The notes beneath the pieces were generated by a model, which saw only the letters and a list, made by a program, of their open reading frames with translations, did no database searches and was not told where the DNA came from. From Octopus vulgaris (Eukaryota), in NCBI GenBank assembly GCA_951406725.2, contig OX597821.1, positions 49,600,001-49,664,000 of the forward strand: a DNA stretch of 64,000 nucleotides, written 5' to 3'. A program made the position numbers and the translations under genes. Positions 38,131 to 52,125 of this stretch are shown one piece after another. Each line of letters opens with the position of its first letter. Position 1 is the first letter of the stretch.

Positions 38131-39033
38131 TGAAATGTGACTGTGTCAGAGCCTGTTTCTCAGGTAGCTTTGTGTACAAAATTATTTTTGATGACTGCAA
38201 GCATATTATTCATTATTTTAGCATTAGATGATTGCACCATCAGCTACTAAACTGCATTTAAAATATGGTTGATACTGCATATCTTTGTATTCTGTCATTA
38301 CTAAGTTAAACTTGTAATATGGCTCATATTATTGGGTACAGGAAGCATATGCACAGCCTGGATGTCTTCTATTACATTTGTGAATCATCTGCAATAGTAT
38401 GGCAGTGGCAACTTGTTAGAGATTTTGTTAGAAGAACATATATTATATTTTGGCGTGAAATTATGTAATCAAGGCAAAATCATGGCCTTCTCACTCTGTC
38501 TTCGAGGCTTGCACATAAATCTAAGACAATAGACTAAAAGAAAGAGAATGAGCTTTAAGGTATCAATGACCAGGAGAGATCCAACAAAGCCATTTTGAAG
38601 ATTGCTATTTTTGCAGAGTTGATATTTCTAGGCATAGCTGAAGGACCTAATCAAAGCTAGTTTACTCAGACTTGCTGTCAGCCATAAAACCTGACTCTGA
38701 TAAAGTACTTGAAATTTTATGGGTTTAATTACATCAGTAACACTAAGTGCTACACATCTAAGGCAGTTATTGAGTATGAAACTAGTACAGGGGCACCATA
38801 ACCAGTTTGAATTAAAGTGGTTGAGGGCAAATTTAGATCTTCAAAATGCTCAGCATATTTATTATGTCTTAGACTTAATCAAAATAAACTACAGCCCTGG
38901 GAAGAGCAAATCTGTTGCAGTTGTTTAGTATAGATGACATTACTGTCATGAGGTTAATGGTTTGTTAAATGTAATGGAATGTCGATATAAATCAGACAAA
39001 TGGTGACTTATCACTGAAAACTCCGAAGGAGAG

Positions 39034-39260
39034 TTTACCCCTTTAGCATACAGGTTACTCTGTCAAATGTCATGCTTATTTATTCACATTGTTTAGAAGT
39101 AATCTTGCATTATCTTGTAGTTTTGAGATTTTGATTTATGTGATTGCTTACTTTAAGAATGACCTTGTAGGGTAGGTGTGAGAGGTCAAATCTGGCATGT
39201 TTTAACATAGAACATGTAGAATATTTGTGCTCAGTTTGGCCAGTTTGAATGCTAAAGGAA
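39034..39260. mobile_element. piggyBac-type MITE
   Basis: Ends cccctttagcat ... aatgctaaagg. Confidence 0.55.
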
Positions 39261-41004
39261 TGTGGGTTTTGGTGAGTAATGAAACAGTGATTTTGTAAGG
39301 TACATCTAAAAGAAATTGATATAACAACAAAAGTGGAGCTGAAAACTTCAACTACTTCACATTTGGATAATTTGCAGATATTAGAAAGGGGCTTACAATA
39401 TAGCTTACCCAATCAGAGTTTTTGTTGTTGTTTTTTTAATGGGACAGTCAAGTTGAATGATAAAATAATAGTCAGAAAGAAGAGATATTAGTGTTGGAAA
39501 ACAACATGAACAGCTCCACCACCTAGCAAAACCAGAAAAAACCATTTTCACAGCTCTTCATATGAGACTAGATTTCAAAGTACAGAATATCTAGGCAGAA
39601 AATATTATGCTGTAAATCAAAAGAAATTGAAGGCAAGTATATTTGAGGGGTCCTAAGAACATTAAAGAATGTGTTATTTATAAGTTTAACCTGTTGAGAA
39701 AAATACATGGGTAGCATTACCAGAAGTTGAGAGAAACTTTTTGTATTGGACAATGAGAAGTCTAAAAACTATGAATATCTGAAAAAAAAATTACATTTCA
39801 CTTTTAGAAGTGTGGATATAATGTAAATATTAAAGTGTATTTCCTCCACTAGTTCTTTGCCAATTTAGAGGCTGTTGGTGAAGAGTAAGGAGAGTGTTTC
39901 CTCCAAGATAGCAGTGAAATAGAAATAGGACAGCAGACTAATTTTGGTGCTTTATAAGAGAACAAAACAGAAACGATCATTTTGTGGAATGAAGGAAAAG
40001 AAAACTGCATCCTTAAACAGTACCACTTGCTGAACCAAACTTGCTTTTATGTTTATTCTAAAATTTTCCAATGTTGGAAACAAGCAGAATTTATTGGTGG
40101 GGGCGGTACATCATCCCTCAATACAGCACTGTGCTATTTACTGTTACATGTATCATTTCAAATATATTTGCTGTATTTTACCGTTTCTTCATGCTTGGCA
40201 AGTGTAAGATCAACTATATTTGTGTAATAAAATGTGTCAAGTTTTAATATTTTCAAAACATATATATATAACCTATATAGGAGATATATAAACAGGGCTA
40301 ATTTTAACTAATTTCTCCAGAGATTGAAAAAATGAACAACTTTAATCAATTTTTAAATATTGGGTTCTCATCAGAAGTGTCTACATCAGTTTGGTCAATC
40401 CCAGAGGAAGAAGCAGCCAGTATTTATATACTCAACAATTACAATGGCTACAGAAAACTAGAGGTACTAATTTGCATACTATAAGTGTTAACACTTTATT
40501 TAATATCAGGGGCCTGCCAATGGGAATCTCAGTCCACACAGTATCAAAGTATGATATATTTAACCTATATAGTAGATATATAAACAGTTAATTTTAGCTA
40601 TCTCTACAGAGATGGAAAGAAATGATGAACAACCTTAACTGTGAGTAAATACAAACCTTAAGGTATCTTAAAAGGGTTAGATTCACCAAAGAAACAATTA
40701 AAATGACTATCCTGTTATTACATACAAATGTAGATATGAATTATTGTACCATATAAGCTACTAATGTGTGGAATACATAGACATGATAATACTAAAATTT
40801 CTAAATATATTTCTGAAAAAAACCTGTTGGTTTTTTTCAGAGCAGGTTTAAGTCTGTGTCAAAACATAAAGAAAACCATTTTGAAAAAAGAAGTATACTT
40901 TTTTTAAAGCAAGCTAGTGCCAATGTTGCAAATTCAAGAGGTATTCATTGGAATGGTACTTGTTTCCACAAGTTTGTAGCAAACATGAGATTCAAAAATA
41001 TCTA

Positions 41005-41372
41005 AGATACATATTGATCAGGGATGAAGCAGACATGTCATTGGTCAAACATGTAACAGACATGTCATTGGTCCAGGATTTAACAGATATCTTGTTAATA
41101 AAAGATGTACCAGACTTGCTATTGGTCAAGGATGTGGAAAACAGGTCATTCATCAAGGATGTAATGGACAAGCCATTGGTCAAGTATGTAGCAGGCATGC
41201 TACTGGATACGGATGTAACATTCCTTGGCCAATTATATAGTAAGGAATCCACTGGTTAAGAAATGACAGACATGTCATTAATCAAGCATGTAGCAAGACA
41301 TCCTCTGATCAAGGAACTAGCAGATGTCATTGTTCTAAGCTGTAAGACATCACAATATCCAAGGATATAACA
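41005..41372. repeat. Diverged 27-bp tandem repeat (about 12 units)
   Basis: Consensus about gacatgtcattggtcaaggatgtagca. The + frame reads 9-aa repeats DMSLVKHVT/DMSLVQDLT/DILLIKDVP. Confidence 0.85.
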
Positions 41373-41569
41373 TGAGCCAAATGTGTAGTTGGTGTGCCAT
41401 TCGATATGGCACATGATTTTTGACAATACACAATATAAAATCCATAAGTGGAGAAAATCTACAATATTTGTCAGAATGATATATATATATACATATGTAC
41501 AGGTGTAGCAACTCATGCTGATCTGAACTTAAACTCTAAGTTTGTCTTTGATGACTTGAAGGAAGTTAG

Positions 41570-42100
41570 TGTGGCGGTAGCTAAATAGTTGAATGGTCTC
41601 TCTTGCAAGAAAGATTGCAGAGTAACCTCCCTTTACTAAGTTTTTTGAAACGTGTGTCATGAGACGAGATTCTTAATTATTCAACAAGCCTAGCATTTCT
41701 CTTGGAAGTTTCTAGAATGTCTAGCATTCCGTTAATAAAAACAGCTTGCTAATCCTGCTCTTCATTTCTTTGTTGATTAGACTTAGAGCCATCCATGTTA
41801 TTGCTTTGTCCGTCTATTTCTCTACGCCTCATGATTGAAAACCACCACTTAGCTGTTATTTCTATATTTCCTATCCCTGAACTTTCTTGCATAGATTACT
41901 TCATTCAACTAGATTCTACATTTTGATTATGCTTCATCATCAGCCAATAAATAAAATATATTTTTATGTAGTAAACATATAGTTCTTAAATTTATTCTTC
42001 TTCTCTGTAAGAACTCTTGTAATAATACACACGCAACCATACCAACACCTGGTACTGAATGTATATTCCCACCATATAAATTGGTGACCAACCGACGTGG
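41570..42100 (+). mobile_element. Gypsy-like LTR remnant with a tRNA-Trp-like primer-binding site
   Basis: TGTGG start, internal AATAAA, end ...cccaccata, then tggtgaccaaccgacgtggat resembling the tRNA-Trp PBS TGGTGACCCCGACGTGAT. Confidence 0.55.
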
Positions 42101-44579
42101 ATTCCGAATTCTACCCTGGAGAATAATCACCACACTGGCATAACCATTAGCTCAGGAAAGTATTTGCTTAATTTAACAAGATATTAAATTTTTGATATGT
42201 TTTAAAGGAGAGTGTTTCTTCAGTTTTGTTTGAAAAGTTTTGATGTTTGTACATTATCTAATTAAAGGTTGCTCCTGGTTAAACTAGCAATATTTCTATG
42301 TGTGTAATTTAAATGGCTTTGAAGAAGCTATAATGGTTTTCTTTTTTAAAACACTGTGCATGACAATAAAATTGTTTAGTTGAAAGAAAATGGGACGAGT
42401 TTATATTTGGTATAATTGAAGTACTTCTTCAGCTTTTTCATTCTTCAAAAACATCCAACAAATATGAAAGGATATTGGAATCAACATAATTTGGCTGACA
42501 CAAATGTTTTTACTGATACATTTGTGGAAAGTAGCAACATGAAGTATATGAGAAAAAAAAAAGACAGAGAGGAAACATTAACTGTCTCATAGTAAATTCA
42601 GATAAGTTTGTAGTTGAAATCTTCAATAATGAAAAAACCTTGAAAGCCACATTTTGATAACAATATGTTAAAATTAGAATTTTTAAGTATTTTCTAGACA
42701 GTGTAGGCTTCAAGAATTGCTTTTAATTAATAAGCAGCTTTTTTTATTATAGTATAAGATAGTCATAGACATGTAATCATAACAACAGCATATAATCATA
42801 TAAAAGTTGAACCATAGTGATCTGGACATTCGATGTGATGTAGAGGACTACATCCTTAGTGTGCAGAATCTTTTTTTAAAATCTCAGAAAAGAAACTTTA
42901 TTTACAAACTCCAAAAAGCTAGAACTACAGGATACATGTTAATGATATTCAGTTGTTGAGATGAACTGACTCCTTTTCAGAATGGACAATGGTTATGTGC
43001 ATTCCTGATAGGAATATTTTTTGAATTCAAACAGATTTTACATGGGATTTTTCTCTTTAAAATATTGTACCAAGGATTTTGGGTACCTGATAATGACTAA
43101 GAATTTCAAAAAGACAATCTATGTTCTTGATAAAAGAAAACTGTTGGCATTTCTTATTAAGAGAGAACTAAATCACCCACATTGGTGCCAGTGGAATTGC
43201 AGACATTTGGTACAAACAAAATTAGGATGTGTTGTCTATTCTTTGGGAAGCATCTGAATAATTTTTATCATGACAGCTTCCTAGTTATTGCCGTATTCCT
43301 CATAATAATGAGATGTTATATTCTATGAATGAACAAGAGGCTTTCTAACAACCACTGGTGCATGACAGACCATTTTCAGGTATAATCATAAAACCATATC
43401 TAGCATGGAATAGTGAGAATTATATTGAATATTTTCCTACCAGGGCCAACTTAGCTTTTCATTGTACTGGGGTTAAAGTATCAGTAATATACTGTGGTTA
43501 ATACACAATTCATAAACTATTTGCTGTCTCTTTTACTGAAAATATAACTCGTATACCTAATTTTTAAATGACAGAACTGACTTTAAATAATGAAATTTGT
43601 TGGTTTAGTCACATTGACACTCTTATACATGGTATGTTAGACTGAACTCACCATAGTATATCACCAGTACTTTTATTTTTACTATAGATTTCACACAGAA
43701 AGATAAAGTTAACATAGCATGAGTTCAACTCAGAAAAGGGATTTTCCAAACTTCATAAAGTAGAATATCAAAGTTAGTTTAACACTGTCTCCACCAACTC
43801 CTCTTCCAAACAAGGCACTTTAATGAAATGTCTAACCTGCAGTTATAGTTTAAAAGCAATTCCTGAAATCCTACTGCAATTCTAAAATATTCATATGGTT
43901 AAATAATTCCACATTCTTTGTTTACAGCTGTATATGTTAAAATGTGCAATGTCTTCAATGTTTGTCAGTGGATGAAGGATGTTTTGAAAATTACCTTTTG
44001 TACAATAACAGCAATCTTTAAAATAGCAGACTAGAAGGTGACAATTCATTTTTTGTAGTTTTATGCAAGTTGCAATGTCTTATAAAAGTTTTATGAAAAT
44101 TGCAATGCAGTTTCTGTACTGCATTACAGAAGTTGTTTGTTCTAGATATCATATATGCATCACCTTAAAGTTGTGGGCTCAATTCTGGATTGGTCAGCAC
44201 ATTGTGTCATTAAATACTACCTTATATATCCAGCTGATGTGTTTTCATGTTGTTTGTTCTATATAACTTGTATACACTGCCTTATGTATACAGCTTATGT
44301 GTTGTTATTTGACTTGTGTTACCACATCCACCATGCTGCATGCCATTGTTTCACCATTACCCAAGCAAGGGATTTTTTTAATCACAATGTTGAGTAAAGG
44401 AACCAGATATAGTCAACTGGTTCAGTAAGAGAACTACTGCTCACATCTGCAGTGATGACAAATGCAGATGTACATTCCCAGCTCTCAATAATGTGACTAA
44501 ATCTACCGCAATGTTTAAACTGCATTCATCATGCTGGTAAACAATGAGTGCTCTCCAGAGTGATGGGTCTGCCTCTGGA

Positions 44580-45060
44580 TCTTGAAAAACATGCTACAAA
44601 TTCAAAGCATCTACTCTTGAAATGCTACAAGTCAACCTTCAATATTCATACTTTGGGCATAATATATCAATTACTGGAACTCATCAAGCTGAGGTCATCT
44701 CCACTTTCATGAAGAATTAGACCTGAAGTATCATGCAATGGAAATAGGATTGGCATTGGTTACTGCATCTTCTTGAAAGAACTCAGCAAACCATATGATA
44801 GGAAGTGTAGGAATGCTACTCAGTCCACATGCACTTTCAGCAGTGATCAATATTGTAAAAAGATCTCCCCACCGGATCACGATTGCTACCTTCAAGGGAC
44901 ACCTGCAAACCACCATGATTTCATGCTACAGCCTAATGAACATAGATGAATAAGATATGATAAACTATTACCTCTAGTTCATGCTATAACAAAACACAAT
45001 GCCCAGAATTTTGGTGGCAATATGAATGCATAATTAGGAGTCAGCAAATATAAATATTTC
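44580..45060 (+). mobile_element. Highly decayed RTE-type endonuclease fragment
   Basis: Broken frames G(S)VGMLLSPHAL and ITIATFKG...ISCYS. Confidence 0.5.
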
Positions 45061-45239
45061 TTTCCTAAGGCTCAAATCATCTACATCATTATCAATGCCT
45101 AGACTTGTGCCTTGGAGAGGAACTTTCTAGGTGCAAGCCCATGGTCATTCATGACCGAGGATGGTCTTTACACTTTGAAGCATTCAACTCTTTCAAGGGC
45201 ATATCTTCAGATCATCACATCATATTGAGTTGATTCCAA

Positions 45240-46510
45240 CTGCATATGCATGCACATAGAAAGAAGTACTTGAAGAAACCTCCATATAACTGAGAACAAC
45301 CAACAGGCTGGTTGAGTTTCTTGAAAGCTTGGGGCTCCTTGTTGATGTTCAGTATGGCTTTCATGGCTCTTGTTCTACTACTGTTTTTCTGACTGTTATT
45401 ACAAACTGCATCTACTGATTTATGGATTTATGCTGTAGTTCTTGATATATCAAAAGCCTTTGATTGATAGGGTTTGACATGCTGATTAACTCCAAAAGTT
45501 CTGTCATGTCGAAAGATCTTTGACTTTATCAGGTCATTCCCTTGTTGTGTACTTGTCATTCTGAACATTCTAGCAATGCTAGTATTCCTCAAGGCTCTGT
45601 TCTTTCTTTACATCAATGTTTATGCTGAAGATACTACTCTTTATTCTGGTTTTATTGGCAATCCCTCTCTCTTGAAACAACTGGAATTTGTTGCTAATCT
45701 TGAGGTGGATCAGCAGGCTAAGAAGTGGGAGTGAGAAATGGTGAGTAACTTTCAACCTTGGTAAGAGCAAACTCATGTCTTTCAGTAGGAAGCAGAATCC
45801 CTATCTTCCTCCCATTTACATGAATTATAGTTCTGAGGTATCACTTGAGATGGGCAGACCATTTAAGGAAAAGGTCTTCTTTGGAATTGCTTGTCTTATT
45901 TTCTCACCTGATCTTTCTTGGGGCTCTTACAGCCAATTGGTAGATCTACTTCCCACAAGGAAGGTCATTGTATAAGTCAAAGGATTCCCTCACAACCAAG
46001 GTCATTTTGTATCTTTACATATCCATAATTTGTCCTTGTATGGAATATTTGTTGCCATATTTGGGGAGATGCGCCATCTTGTCTCTTAGATTTCTGCAAA
46101 TGAGTTCAGCAATGAAACTCTAATTTGATTGGTCCTTCTTGTTTCAACTCTGCAACTCTTATCACATCAACATGACATCTCCAGTCTTATTATTTTCTAT
46201 TTTTATTGCCACAGGAAGTGCTCTGATGAGCTTTCTTAGTTCCAGATCACTTTGTGTCATCTTGCCTGTCTCAAAATTCAATGTCTTTATTCAGATATTG
46301 TTGTGCTTTCATGAATAAGGAAGCATTTCTACAGTTGTATTTTTTTCCCCTTGGACTACCAGATTTGGAACTCCCTATGTCATTGTTTTCCTCCTAGTTG
46401 TGACCTGAACTTTTTCAAATCTAAAGTAAATTAATTCCTTTCGTTTTAATTTCTCTTTCTTCTTAGTCCCTTACACTAAGTGGCTTCACACTTTGCCTGG
46501 GACTTCCATG
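45240..46510 (+). mobile_element. Highly decayed CR1/Jockey-like LINE RT and 3' end
   Basis: Remnants QYGF, LDISKAFD, PQGS, YAED, PCMEY, IWNSL; A-rich tail at about 46511. Confidence 0.65.
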
Positions 46511-46609
46511 TAAAAAAAAAAACCCAAAAAAACTCTCCAACAACTTAGACATCAGGGATCAATTTGTGATAACACTTTGAAATTGTTTCAAGGCAAAGAC
46601 AGTCATTCC

Positions 46610-47420
46610 AGCCTAATTAGTATTTAGTTTTGAAACATGAAATTCATCAAAATATATTTCAACAATGCAGAAATTTTATTCATCAAAGTAAGTACCATTA
46701 CAATCAACACATTTTTGCCAAGAAGTTACAAGTTTGTTTATTCTGGTAACATAAAATCCTGGAGTTCTGGAGCTGATGAATTCTTTGAACAGACTTCCAG
46801 TAGGAAACCATCAAGGTGCTTGAAAAAATGGTAGTCAGCTGGAGAAAGGTCTGGTGAATAAGCTGGGTGGGGAAGAACTTTGTAGCCAAGTTCTCTCAAC
46901 TTCTGAAGCGTCATTAGTGAAATGTGTGATTGAGCATTGTCATGAAGAATCATAGACCATCTTCTGTTGACCAGTCTGGGATGGAGGATTAGCAGATTTT
47001 TGTTCATTTTGGCAATATGTTTCTGCAGTAATGGTTTTTCCAGGTTTTAAGAAGTTATAATGGATGAGTCCAGCAGTACACCACCAGTCACCATAACCTT
47101 CTTTTTGGAGAGTTCAGGTTTAGGGAAGGTTTTTGATGCTTCATTTTGGTCCAACTACTGCAAAGAACATTTTCTCTTATTGTACAGAATCCACATTTCA
47201 TCACATATTACCATACGGTTGAGAAATAGATTAGTTTGGTTATGGAGAAGAATCAACAAACAAATTTCATATCTGTGCATTTTCTGATTTTCATTCAAAT
47301 CATGTGGTACCCATTTGTCAAGACTTTTTGATTTTCTGATCACATGCAAATGGTTGATGGCATTTTTCTGGCTAACTTGAAGTTCTTTTGCTAGTTCTCA
47401 AGTAGTTTTATGTGGATCCT
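46610..47420 (-). mobile_element. Mariner (Hsmar/SETMAR-like, DD34D) 3' part
   Basis: KWVPHDL, ICDEMWILY, LHDNAQSH, HPAYSPDLSPADYHFF. Confidence 0.9.
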
Positions 47421-50185
47421 TATCATCATCATCATCATTTAACATCTGCTTTCCATGGGTTGGATGGTTTGACTGAGGGCTGGTGAGCCAGATGGCTGCA
47501 CCAGGTTCTAATCTGATCTAGCAGGGTTTCTACAGCTGGATGCCCTTCCTAACACCAACCACTCCAAGAGTGTAGTGGGTGCTTTTACATGCCACCAGCA
47601 CGAGGGCCAGTCAGGCGGTACTGGCAACAGCCATGCTCAAAAGGTGTTTTTTATGTGCCACCTGCACAAGAGCCAGTCCAGTGGCACTGGCAACAACCTC
47701 GCTCGCATGTTGTCTTTCACGTGCCAGTAAGGTGACACTGGTAATGCTCATGCTCAAATGGTGCTTTTTATGTGCTACCGGCACAGGAGCCAGTCAGTAG
47801 CCCTGGCAATGATCATGCTTGGATGGTACTCTTAGCATTCCACTAGCATGGATGCCAGTCAAGCTGTCATCGAATTTGATTTCAATTTCACTTGCCTCAA
47901 CAGGTCTTTGCAAGCAGAGTTTAGTGTCCAATGATGGAAAGGTACGCATAAGTGGGCTGGTTACACCACTGGCATAGGCCACAGGTTATGGTCTCACTTG
48001 GCTTGCTGGGCCTTCTCAAGCACTGCATATTTCCAAAGGTCTCAGTCACTAGTCATTGCCTCGGTGAGGCCTAATGTTCTAAGGTTGTGTTTCCTCAACT
48101 GCTAGGATGTGACACTTTTTCACACAGCTATCCTCATCCATTCTCACCACATTACCATACCAGTGCAGTCGTCTCTCTTGCACACCATATCTGATGCTTC
48201 TTAGGTCCAACTTTTCTCTCAAGGTACTAACACTCTGATGAGTATGCACACTGACATTACACATCCAGCAGAGCATACTGGCCTCATTCCTTGCAAGCTT
48301 ACACATGTCCTCAGCAGTCATGGCCCATGTTTCACTGCCATGTAGCATGGCTTTTTGTACACATGTGTCATAAATTCTACCTTTTACTCTGAGTGAGAGG
48401 CCCTTTGTCACCAGTAGAGGTAAGAGCTCTCTGAACTTTGCCCAAGTTATTCTTATTCTAGCAGCTACACTTTCAGAGCACCCACTCCCGCTACTGACTT
48501 GGTCACCTAGGTAATGGAAGCTATCAACTACTTCTGGTTTTTCTCCCTGGAATGTGGCAGAAGTTGTTCTCTGTACATTTTCAGTGTTTATTGCCCCTGA
48601 GCATCTGCCACAAACAAAAACTATCTTCCCAGTTATCCTTCCTTTGATATTGCTGCACCTCTTATGTGTCCATAGCTTACACTGGGTACATCTTATGGAG
48701 TTCCTATCTACACCTTTTCTACAGATCAAGCAGGGCCATCTACCTGAAGGGATTTGTGGTTTGTCTGCCTACTTATTAGAAATTTGATTTTAGTTAGGTT
48801 GACTCTAAGGCCCTTCGATTCTAATCCTTGCTTCCACACCTGAAACTTCTCCTCTAGTTCTGATAGTGACTCAGCAATTAGAGCAAGGTCATCAGCATAG
48901 AGGAGCTCCCAGGGGCATCCTGTCTTGAATTCCTCTGTTATTGCCTGGAGGACTATGATAAATAGGAGGGGGCTGAGGACTGAACCTTGGTGGACCCCTA
49001 CCTCTACCCGAATTCTTCACTGTACTTGTTGCCAACCCTCACCTTACTGACAGCATCCCTGTACATGGTTTGCACAGCTCTCACTAACCATTCATCTATC
49101 CCTAGTTTCTTCATTGACCACCAGATAAGGGATTGGGGGACCCTGTCAAAGGCTTTCTCCATGTCAATGAAAGCCAGGTACAGAGGTTTATCTTTGGCTA
49201 GGTATTTCTCCTGCAGCTGTCTTACCAGAAACATAGCATGAGTGATGCTTTTCCCTGGCACAAATCCAAACTGCATCTCATCTAAATTGACTCTCTCCCT
49301 AATTAGCTGGGCTATGACCCTCTCCGTGACCTTCCTTACCTGATCCAACAACTTGATACCTTTGTAATTATTTGTCTCTAAAGTGTCATCTTTATCTTTG
49401 TAACAGTTGACTATTATGCTGCTACACCAATCATTGGGTATGACTCCTTCAAGTATCACCTGGTTAACTATACGGGTAACTAGGCTATAGCTGACACCAC
49501 CAGATATTTTGAGCATCTCTGCAGTGATTTCTGATGGCCTGGGGCTTTCCCTGTCTTCATACCCTTAATTGCTTTATCTACCAAGGTACTGTCAATTCAG
49601 ATAACTGGTCCCTCTGTTGGGTCGACATTTGGCAGACTCTCTTTCTCCCATTCATTCTCTTTATTGAGCAACCTTTCATATTGGCATCTCCAAACCTCTC
49701 TCTTTGCAGCCTCATTTAGTGCAAGTGAACCATCAGCCATATAGACACATTCCTCACCTACGACATCACAATTCTCTCTCACATACTGTCTTGCAACACG
49801 AAATACCTCAAGTCTTTGGTTCCCATGGTGCAGAACATTGGCAAATTTTTTCTTATCTGCTTCCCCTCTGGCTAAATAAACCTGTCTCCTAGCTTCCCTT
49901 CTGGCAGTCTGATACAATTCCCTGCTACCACCGTCCTTCCAAGCCTGTTTCTTTCCTCTAATAGCCCTGTCAACAACATTTTTCCACCACCACGTTACCT
50001 TGGGTCAAGAGGGGACTTGGCACCATCCACAGATCTGATCAGTGGCCCTCAGCAGGTTTTCCCATAGAAGCCTCCAGTTGTCTTCCACAGATCTGGTCAG
50101 TAGCTCTCAGCAGGTTGTCCTGTAGAATCCTCCAGTTGTCTTCCACATCATGTGATGCTATACCCCTTTCTATTCTGTCAAAAGT
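47421..50185 (-). mobile_element. 5'-truncated RTE LINE with a PHD finger, tandem-repeat 3' UTR and (GAT)n tail, inserted into the mariner
   Basis: NYKGIKLL, QFGFVPG, FIDMEKAFDRVP, LLYADD, C4HC3 motif. About 75-bp repeats at 47575-47830; tail at 47421; a 58-bp tandem duplication at about 50027-50147. Confidence 0.93.
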
Positions 50186-50189
50186 CTTT

Positions 50190-50450
50190 CATTCCATCAG
50201 GTAGCCCCAGCTTAGGGGCACTTCTCAATGGTCTTTAATTGACCATCATCGATGACAGATAAGCATCCACTATGCTTACAATCTTCAAGGCTCAGGTCTG
50301 CACTACAAAATTGTTTAAACCATTTTCAAGCAGACCACTCACTGGCCATTTCCTTACCAAACGTTTCATTGATATTGTGAGCAGTTTCAGTTGCTTTATG
50401 TCCTTTTTTAAAGACGAATAGCAAAGACAGTTCCATTTCAGATGACTGTA
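50190..50450 (-). mobile_element. Mariner 5' part (HTH)
   Basis: LFVFKKGHKATETAHNINETFG...WFKQF...LSLED; continues at 47420. Confidence 0.85.
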
Positions 50451-50761
50451 ACAATGGTGAAAAAAATATCAATTTTAATTTACTGATGCAATTTGGCAAG
50501 TCTATGTCTGTATTATCAGACAATTGCAAAAAAATGTTAAAAAATTTCAAATCTCTGCAAAAATTTGGTACAAATTCTTATAAACTAGATCTCTCATATA
50601 TTCTTTTTAGATGCTATGCCATACAAAATCATTAGAGGAAATAATTTTGTTGTTTAGCATAATCCCATCACAGTGTAATAGTTCAGGTGAATTTGCAAGT
50701 GTCAGTGTAACTATTTTTATTAATGGGTGGTCTTCATAAAGCATCATTATCATATATACAT

Positions 50762-51065
50762 ATCACCGTGACTGACCAGGCTATCTGATGTTGCTACACA
50801 ACGCTGGTCACAATGCGCTTTGCATTGTTTTAGCCTTCAAATGACGCCACCCCGCTGGCTAAGCGAGCAGGCCAACAGAAGAAAGAATGAGAGAAAGTTG
50901 TGGCAAAAGAGTACAGCAGGGATCGCCACCACCCCCTACCGGAGCCTCATGGAGCTTTAGGTGCTTTTGCTCAATAAACACTCACAACACCCGGTCTGGG
51001 AATCGAAACCACGATCCTACGACCGTGAGTCCACTGCCCTAACCACTGGGCCATTGCGCCTCCAC
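50762..51065 (-). mobile_element. tRNA-derived SINE (second family), near full length
   Basis: Minus strand begins gtggaggcgcaatggcccagtggttagggcag...gtggtttcgattcccagac (A and B boxes). Confidence 0.85.
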
Positions 51066-51729
51066 ATATATATAAATGGAATAAACAACTTGGTGACATA
51101 TCAGCAATGTATAGAGGGTAGTGTATATATGATGTCTAGAACAAACATGATAATACATTATCATTTTGGGTCGCCCAGACAAAAGCCACTCTTTTCCTGC
51201 AAGCATTCCTGCTTCCATATTTTTTAGTGTTCTATTTGTAACTCAGCATCTCTCATGAGAGTTGATTAATTTACATCATTCTGGGTCTTCCAACATAAGA
51301 ATGTCCATGACTTGAGATCCACAAATTCATCTTTGCTTCAGTAGCAGTGACCAGCACTTCTTGTCCTCCAGTCTCAAATGACTGATGTTGGTGATATTTT
51401 CATAAAGCTCTTCTTTTGTTGGATGTTGTTTCCGTAATTTGTTGACAAAAGCACACATTATACATGTGTAGCTCCTATCAAACTTGCTTTTTTGTAGGAG
51501 TCCATACTGATGAACTGATTCTATGATTATTCTGAATAATTCCCTTTTCATCCATGCTTTTGCTATGTGGATTTGGTATATCTTTTTTTCGGATGTGATA
51601 TCACTTCCAAGATAAGAAAATAGTCTTAACCCTTTGAGTCTTTCCTAGTAGCTAATCTGTTGCATTGAGACAATCTTCTTTGTCTAGTATTGAGTTTTGC
51701 CATTAATATTACATTCTGTGGTGACCATA

Positions 51730-52125
51730 GTTAGGAGTAATAATCCAAACAGTTTAGGACAAACATCTTCCAGATAACCATCATGGTTTCCTGCACTTCT
51801 GTTCTAGAAATCCAGCCAGCCAGCTGTCCACATTTCATTGCCAACCTAGTAATATGTGCATGAAAAGATACATCACTACTCATGTCAATGTTCAGATCAC
51901 ACACTGAATATGATTTTGGTCCAGTGTATTTTGTCTGTGTTGCATTTAGCTTTGTCTGTTGATAACGCAATGCTTGGAACTTTTCAGCATTAGGTTTCAT
52001 GTTATTACTTTCAGCCCATTTGTATATTGCATCCAAATCTCGTTGTGTGAGACATCTCTAGGGCTGTATTACCTGTGAGACTTTTGTATCATCTGCATAG
52101 CTTATCACAGTGGCTGTCTGTGTGC
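51730..52125 (-). mobile_element. CR1-like LINE RT fragment
   Basis: YADDTK...DAIYKWAESNNMKPNAEKFQ...LDYYS. Confidence 0.75.

Noticed and set aside
41005-41372. CRISPR-like array
   Set aside because: The units are contiguous diverged tandem repeats without unique spacers, in a eukaryotic context with no cas genes.
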